Positions 58,732 to 64,000 of a stretch of DNA of 64,000 nt are shown here, piece after piece; the stretch's first letter is position 1, and every line of letters begins with the position of its first letter. Below the pieces are notes generated by a model. The model was not told where the DNA came from and ran no database searches. It saw only the letters and a list, made by a program, of their open reading frames with translations. The stretch is from Acidobacteriota bacterium (lineage in GTDB: Bacteria > Acidobacteriota > CAIWXX01). The stretch lies in assembly GCA_040755995.1 (NCBI GenBank), contig JBFMAF010000026.1:108889-172888 (forward strand), given 5' to 3'. A program made the position numbers and the translations under genes.

Positions 58732-60639
58732 GTGTTGAGTGTCGCGACCACCTGCCCGTACTGCGCGTGCGGCTGCGGGCTGTATCTGCTCGCCAACCGC
58801 GGTGAGCTGGTCGGCGTGGCTCCGAGCGAGAACCACCCGGTGTCGCAGGGGAGATTGTGCGCGCGCGGCTGGAGCGCACATGAGGCGCCGTCCTGGGGAG
58901 GACGCCTGCGCACCCCGCTGATACGGAAGAACGGGCGGAGCGAGAGCGCATCCTGGAGCGCCGCCATGGACATGCTGGCGAGCGAGATCGGAAGGCTGAT
59001 GCACGAGGGAAAGGCCATAGGCGTGCTCGGTTCTCCGCGGGCCACTAACGAGGAGAACTACCTGGCGGGCAAGTTGGCCAGGGCCGCCCTCGGCACCAGC
59101 CACCTCGACTTCTGCCTGCACAGCAGCTTCCGGCCGCTGATGGCGGGTCTCGAGGACGTGACCGGCGCGTACTGTGGCGCTGCGAGCCTGGCAGACGTGG
59201 AGGCCGCCGATGCGATCCTGCTCATGGAAGGAGATCTCGCGCGAGCTCACCCGCGCGCCGCATACTCGGTCATGAGAGCGGTGGATCGCGGAGCGCGCCT
59301 GATCACGATCGGGTGCGCGAGCACCCAGATGGCGCGATTGTCAGCAGTCTACCTGCCGGCAGCACCTGGATGCTCAGGCGATGTCATCGACGGACTGCTG
59401 GGAGGTGTCGTGGCCGGCGGGCTGGAAGACCGCGGCTCCGTCAGCGCCTGGTGCGACGGGTACGAGGCATTGGCGAGCGCGCTTTCGCCGGCGGAGCAGA
59501 CCGAGCAGTTGCGCCAGGCCGTCGAATGGATCGCGCGTGCGAACCGGGCCACGTTCCTGCTCGCGCCCAGCGGGGCGAGCGGCGAACAGCTTCGCAGAGA
59601 TGCGGCCGCCGTCGCCAGCCTGGCCGGAATCACGGGTCATCTGGACCGACAGGGATCAGGGATCATGCTGCTGCTCGGCCGGAGCAACCTCAGAGGAGCT
59701 TGCGAGATGGGGGTCGCCGCCGGCCGCCTGCCTGGATATCTGCCCCTGGCCGACCGGAGCGCACGCGACCGGCTGTGCAGCCTCTGGGGCAAGGAGCTCG
59801 CCGCCGGGACAGGTGGGGACGCCGAGAGCTTCATCGAGTCTGTGAGCGGGCTGATTGTCGTGGCCGACGACCCTGCCTCTGCGCTTCCTGCCGGAAGGCG
59901 AGCGCAGGCGGCGATGGAGAAGATGGAGTTCCTGGTCGTACTGGACGCCTTCGTCACTGCCGCCGTGGAGATGGCGCACGTGGTTCTGCCGATCGCGAGC
60001 TACGCGGAGACCGATGGCACACTGACGAGCCTGGAGGGTCGCGTGCAGCGTTGTCGCGCCGCCGCCGACCCGCCTGGGGAGGCTCGCGCCGGATGGCAGG
60101 CGCTGGCCGAGCTGTGTTCGCGATTCGGTCTTTCTGCCCCCTACCGATCGTCATCGGAGGTCCTGGCGGAGATCGGCGCGGCGGTGCCGGTGTACGCGCC
60201 GGCAGGGCAGGCGGGTGAGGGCTGGGGCGGAGCGTTCGTCGGGGCCGTGCGTAAGCCGAAGGCGAACGTATGTGCCTCCGGTTCCCAGCCCATAACCTAC
60301 GCCGAATACCCGCACGTGCTGGCTCACGAAGGCGTCATCGATTGGGGCAAGGACCCGCTCGTGGCGTTCTCCCCGACGCTGAATCGCGAACACAGGTCCC
60401 GCGCGAGACTGAACCCTCAGGGCCTGGTCGAAATCAGCAAGCACGATGCGGACCAGCTCGGCCTACGCTCAGGGTGGCACGTGAGGGTGGAGTCCACATT
60501 TGGAGACGTAGTGCTGCCGGCTGTCATTCGGCCCGAACTGAGCGCAGGGGTGCTGCTGGTGCCATACGCGTTCAGAGATCACGCTGCCGCTGTGTTCGCG
60601 GGTCGCGATATGGCTGCGGTGAAGGTCGAGCGTGTGTGA
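58732..60639 (+). CDS. Formate dehydrogenase alpha-like protein lacking the Mo/W-ligating Cys/Sec
   Basis: CPYCACGC, LCARG, TNEENY, AHVVLP; HLDFCLHSSF where FDHs have DxCARL(C/U)H. Confidence 0.85.
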   Translation: MLSVATTCPYCACGCGLYLLANRGELVGVAPSENHPVSQGRLCARGWSAHEAPSWGGRLRTPLIRKNGRSESASWSAAMDMLASEIGRLMHEGKAIGVLGSPRATNEENYLAGKLARAALGTSHLDFCLHSSFRPLMAGLEDVTGAYCGAASLADVEAADAILLMEGDLARAHPRAAYSVMRAVDRGARLITIGCASTQMARLSAVYLPAAPGCSGDVIDGLLGGVVAGGLEDRGSVSAWCDGYEALASALSPAEQTEQLRQAVEWIARANRATFLLAPSGASGEQLRRDAAAVASLAGITGHLDRQGSGIMLLLGRSNLRGACEMGVAAGRLPGYLPLADRSARDRLCSLWGKELAAGTGGDAESFIESVSGLIVVADDPASALPAGRRAQAAMEKMEFLVVLDAFVTAAVEMAHVVLPIASYAETDGTLTSLEGRVQRCRAAADPPGEARAGWQALAELCSRFGLSAPYRSSSEVLAEIGAAVPVYAPAGQAGEGWGGAFVGAVRKPKANVCASGSQPITYAEYPHVLAHEGVIDWGKDPLVAFSPTLNREHRSRARLNPQGLVEISKHDADQLGLRSGWHVRVESTFGDVVLPAVIRPELSAGVLLVPYAFRDHAAAVFAGRDMAAVKVERV

Positions 60640-60652
60640 GCTCGAGGTGCAG

Positions 60653-61708
60653 ATGGCAATGGCGCAACAGGCGAGCGCGATAACCAAGGCCGGGGCGCTG
60701 GAGTGGCTTGGGAGGCTGATGGAGCAGGCGGAAGTGATCGCGCCTGTCGCAGGGTTCGGAGGCGACACGGTCTTCTCTCCGCTGCGCTCACCCGCGCAGA
60801 TCAGATGGGACTTCGAAAACCCGCTGCATCCGCCAAAGCAGACGCTCCTCCCTCAGACCGACCCGATCGTCTCCATCCAGCGAGATGGGGATTGCTATGA
60901 GGTTCTTCCGATCTACGACGAATCTCCGCGCGTCCTGTTCAATATCCGGAGCTGTGACGTGAAGGGGATCGCTTTCCTGGAGCGCATGCATGCGGCGGAT
61001 CCACCGGATGCCTCGTACCTCCGGCGAGCCGAGAGAACGGCCGCGATCAGCCTTTCATGCGTCGCCCCCTGCGCGTCCTGTTTCTGCATCTGCACTGACT
61101 CGGGGCCCTTTTTGCGGGAGTCGTACGACATCCAGCTTACCGATCTGGGAGAGGATCTGTTCGTGGAGGTGGGCAGCAAGAAAGGCGAGGCGCTCCTCGC
61201 GGGGTCTCAGGATCTGTTCCGTGCCGCGACCGAGCCGGAGTTGGAGCGGAGGCGGGAGCTGGAGGAGAGCGCGAGGAGGCGGTTTGGAGAAGAGACCTGC
61301 CACTTCGCGTCTGCCATGCGAAGGATATCCACAGGCAGGGTTGCGGAGGCGCTATGGGCGAAGATGAGCGATTGGTGCCTTGAGTGCGGCGGCTGCAACC
61401 TCATCTGTCCTACCTGCTACTGCTTCAGTGTGAAGGACCGCGGATCCGACGGCAGGCTGGTACGATGCCGGATGTGGGATTCCTGCCAGTACCCGGCGTT
61501 CACGCTGGAGGCTTCAGGGCACAACCCGCGCGAACAACGGAAGGACCGGATGAAACGAAGGTTCTTCCACAAGGTGAGCGCGCAGTACTACATGCGCGAC
61601 GGAGCCATCGGATGCGTCGGCTGTGGCAGATGCGTCAAGGTGTGCATGGGCACGACCGACATGCCCGCCGTGGTGGCGGCGATTCGGAAGGGGAGCTGGC
61701 GTGGCTGA
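60653..61708 (+). CDS. AsrA / sulfhydrogenase-beta / Flx-like 4Fe-4S protein
   Basis: RSCD, CFC, CLECGGCNLICPTCYC, CVGCGRCVKVC. Confidence 0.88.
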   Translation: MAMAQQASAITKAGALEWLGRLMEQAEVIAPVAGFGGDTVFSPLRSPAQIRWDFENPLHPPKQTLLPQTDPIVSIQRDGDCYEVLPIYDESPRVLFNIRSCDVKGIAFLERMHAADPPDASYLRRAERTAAISLSCVAPCASCFCICTDSGPFLRESYDIQLTDLGEDLFVEVGSKKGEALLAGSQDLFRAATEPELERRRELEESARRRFGEETCHFASAMRRISTGRVAEALWAKMSDWCLECGGCNLICPTCYCFSVKDRGSDGRLVRCRMWDSCQYPAFTLEASGHNPREQRKDRMKRRFFHKVSAQYYMRDGAIGCVGCGRCVKVCMGTTDMPAVVAAIRKGSWRG

Positions 61709-62543
61709 AACGAGCACGCGCGGCAACGACGTTTTCCTCCCCTGGATCGCCCGCATCGAAGACGTGCGCGACGAGACACCAGACACCAAGACGTTCACAC
61801 TGCGATTCAGGGACCCCGAGGTCATGCGGGAGTTTGAGTACGCCCCGGGCCAGTTCGTGGAGCTATCGGTGTTCGGCCTCGGCGAAGCGCCTTTCTGCGT
61901 AGCGTCGAGTCCCACACGCGCGGGAAACTTCCAGACCACGGTCAGAAGAACTGGCCAGCTCACGGACGCACTGCACTTGCTGGGGTGCGGCGACGAGGTC
62001 GGCATTCGCGGACCCTTCGGCAACGGGTTTGACGTTACGGCCGCCGCCGGCAAGGACCTGCTCTTCGTCGCCGGCGGGATCGGGCTGCCTCCCCTGCGAA
62101 GCCTCATCTGGAACATCCTGGACGAACGATCGCGTTTCGGCAGAGTCACGATTCTGTACGGAGCCAGGACGCCCACCGACCTCGTCTACAAGTATGAGCT
62201 CAAGGAGTGGGAACGCCGGGACGACATTGAGTTCCTCCTGACGGTGGACCGCAGCGAGCCCGGTTGGGAAGGGAACGTCGGCATGGTGCCGATCCTCTTC
62301 GAGAAAACCACTCTACGCCCCGAGAGCACCCTGGCTTACGTCTGCGGCCCTCCGATCATGATCAAATTCGTCGTACAGGACCTTCTGATGCGCGGGTTCA
62401 GGGATGAGACCGTCATCTCCACGCTCGAGCGCATGATGCAGTGCGGCATCGGCAAATGCAATCATTGCGCCATCGGCCATCGGTACGTCTGCCGGGATGG
62501 GCCGGTGTTCAACTTCCGGCAGATAAGGGAGCTGGTGGAATGA
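61701..62543 (+). CDS. AsrB / FlxA / sulfhydrogenase-gamma-like FAD/NAD(P) subunit
   Basis: PGQF, GPFGNGF, AGGIG, CGPPIM, CGIGKCNHC...CRDGPVF. Confidence 0.9.
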   Translation: MAETSTRGNDVFLPWIARIEDVRDETPDTKTFTLRFRDPEVMREFEYAPGQFVELSVFGLGEAPFCVASSPTRAGNFQTTVRRTGQLTDALHLLGCGDEVGIRGPFGNGFDVTAAAGKDLLFVAGGIGLPPLRSLIWNILDERSRFGRVTILYGARTPTDLVYKYELKEWERRDDIEFLLTVDRSEPGWEGNVGMVPILFEKTTLRPESTLAYVCGPPIMIKFVVQDLLMRGFRDETVISTLERMMQCGIGKCNHCAIGHRYVCRDGPVFNFRQIRELVE

Positions 62544-63097
62544 GCTTGAAGGAAGAAATAGCCTCACGGTTGCACGGCCGCGTCGTGGTCTTCGGGATCG
62601 GCAACCCGGAACGGGGCGATGACGGAGCCGGCAGCGCCGTGGCGCGATCGGTCGAGGCCAGGAACGGCATCCGCGTCTTCGACGCCCAGGATGTCCCCGA
62701 AAACTACCTCGGGCCCATCGTCGCCGCACGACCGGACACGGTGATGCTTATCGATTCTGTGGACATGGGTGCCCCTCCGGGCTCCATAACCATTCTCACC
62801 AAGAACGACCTCGCCGGCTACTGGCCGTCCACCCACCGGATACCGCTCTGTCTGCTGATGAACTACCTGGAAAGGGAGACCGGAGCCGACGTCTTCCTGG
62901 CCGGAATCCAGCCGGCCCACCTGGAATTCGGCCGTCCGATGTGCGAGACAATACGCCGCGCCGCGGGGGAATTAGCGGCGATTATTGATCACGCAGTCGC
63001 GACACAGCAGCACGAACCTGCGCTTTCCGAAGCGCCCGAATGCGGCCTCTGGACACGGATGCGATACGTCCTGCATGGCAGCGCCAGCAGCGGATAG
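62540..63097 (+). CDS. HycI-like hydrogenase maturation protease
   Basis: GIGNPERGDDGAG, PEN, STHRIPL, GIQP. Confidence 0.88.
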   Translation: MSLKEEIASRLHGRVVVFGIGNPERGDDGAGSAVARSVEARNGIRVFDAQDVPENYLGPIVAARPDTVMLIDSVDMGAPPGSITILTKNDLAGYWPSTHRIPLCLLMNYLERETGADVFLAGIQPAHLEFGRPMCETIRRAAGELAAIIDHAVATQQHEPALSEAPECGLWTRMRYVLHGSASSG

Positions 63098-63105
63098 CCA
63101 TGGGA

Positions 63106-63140
63106 GATTTCGGATTGCAGATTGCAGATTGCGGATTGAG
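63106..63140 (+). repeat. Heptamer tandem repeat GATTGC[AG] x5
   Basis: GATTTCG GATTGCA GATTGCA GATTGCG GATTGAG. Confidence 0.75.
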
Positions 63141-63260
63141 AAGGACACCGCAGTGCGCCTGTTCGTGCTCACTGAGGCCAGGCGGTCACGACGGGATCGG
63201 GGCCCTGAAGCGAGGTCGACCGAAGTCCGCAAGAGCGTGGTCTGAGGGGAGGAGAGTGGA

Positions 63261-64000
63261 TTGAGCCAGCAGCTGGCACTCTTGATGATCGTGCTGCCCG
63301 TTGTGGGGGCCGTGCTCTGCGGGACGATCATGAAGGGTTGCCGGCATGTTGCCGTGGGCTGCTCCGCGGGCGTTCTGGGGCTGGCCGTGTGGACAGTGAC
63401 AGCGGGATTCGGCGCGTCATCTCGGCTGATGTTCGGTCGACTGCCGTGGCTGACCGCCATGTCCAATGAGCCGCTCTTCGGCATCATGATCGACCCGCTG
63501 TCTGCGCTGATGCTGGTGCTCGTCACCACCATCGGCTTCCTCACCGTCCTGTATTCGACGCAGTACTTGACGGAACGCCACAAGGAGCATCCGGTGCCTG
63601 CCGGAGAACACGGCCGCTACTACTTCTGGCTGCTGCTGTTTCTGGCCAGCATGGTGGGCGTTTCGGTGTCGCCGAATTTTCTACAATTGCTACTGTTCTG
63701 GGAATTGACCACCGTCTGCTCCTGGGCCCTCATCTCATTCCACAGGAACGCGCGGAGCCTGCGCGCCGGGTTCAAGGCCCTCGTCATGACCCACGCCGGC
63801 GGGCTGTTCTTTCTCGTCGCGATCTGCATCCTCTTCGCGCGGGGACACTCGTTCGACTTCAGCGCCATCGCCGCGCTGCCCGAGGGCCTCCGGGCCTGGG
63901 TGTTCGTATGCCTGATGATCGCTGCATGGGCCAAGGCGGCACAGGTTCCGTTGCACACCTGGTTGCCGGACGCGATGGAGGCCCCAACCCCGATCAGCGC
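63261..64000 (+). CDS. hyfD: HyfD/NuoL-like antiporter-type membrane subunit, 3' end outside window
   Basis: Hand translation from TTG 63261: IDPLS...FWELTTVCSWALIS...KALVMTH...AAWAKAAQVPLHTWLPDAMEAPTPIS. Confidence 0.85.
   Translation, partial: MSQQLALLMIVLPVVGAVLCGTIMKGCRHVAVGCSAGVLGLAVWTVTAGFGASSRLMFGRLPWLTAMSNEPLFGIMIDPLSALMLVLVTTIGFLTVLYSTQYLTERHKEHPVPAGEHGRYYFWLLLFLASMVGVSVSPNFLQLLLFWELTTVCSWALISFHRNARSLRAGFKALVMTHAGGLFFLVAICILFARGHSFDFSAIAALPEGLRAWVFVCLMIAAWAKAAQVPLHTWLPDAMEAPTPIS

Noticed and set aside
58732..60639. Active or selenocysteine-containing formate dehydrogenase
   Set aside because: No Cys/Sec-His at the catalytic position and no in-frame TGA

Overview
GC-rich bacterial window. 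The gene content (wHTH-TolB sensor, MTPE-type Ser/Thr kinase, Ig/IPT surface proteins) suggests an anaerobic Acidobacteriota-like organism; this is inference. (1) 1-7.6 kb: two recently duplicated secreted LRR genes, exported proteins, and small minus-strand genes plus HicAB with decayed attC-like sites. (2) 8-16.4 kb: fhs, a P-type ATPase and a Ser/Thr kinase-TPR protein. (3) 16.5-34.3 kb: a signalling/transport island resembling sulfate-reducer clusters. It holds a sigma54-driven USP/TauE operon, a Lon protease with a receiver domain inserted before Walker A, an HK/NtrC pair, a dikinase-like protein without its catalytic core, GntR-CBS-SLC13-LCIB carbonic anhydrase-ArsB/NhaD, and a double-receiver protein. 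(4) 34.7-43 kb: kelch surface protein, wHTH-propeller regulator, MNT with truncated HEPN, and a second HK/NtrC pair. (5) 43.1-64 kb: a long redox gene run, hdrC-hdrB-hdrA(N half)-[FeFe]-hydrogenase-type regulatory cassette-hydC-hydD-hydB-(FeS module fused to hdrA C half)-mvhDGA-protease-GAF. It continues with an Fdh-like protein lacking the Mo/W ligand, AsrA/AsrB-like genes, a second protease and the start of hyfD. The top candidate for a novel system is the split HdrA joined to a bifurcating-type HydBC module and a [NiFe] hydrogenase. Novelty cannot be confirmed without database searches. No rRNA, tRNA or CRISPR array was seen.
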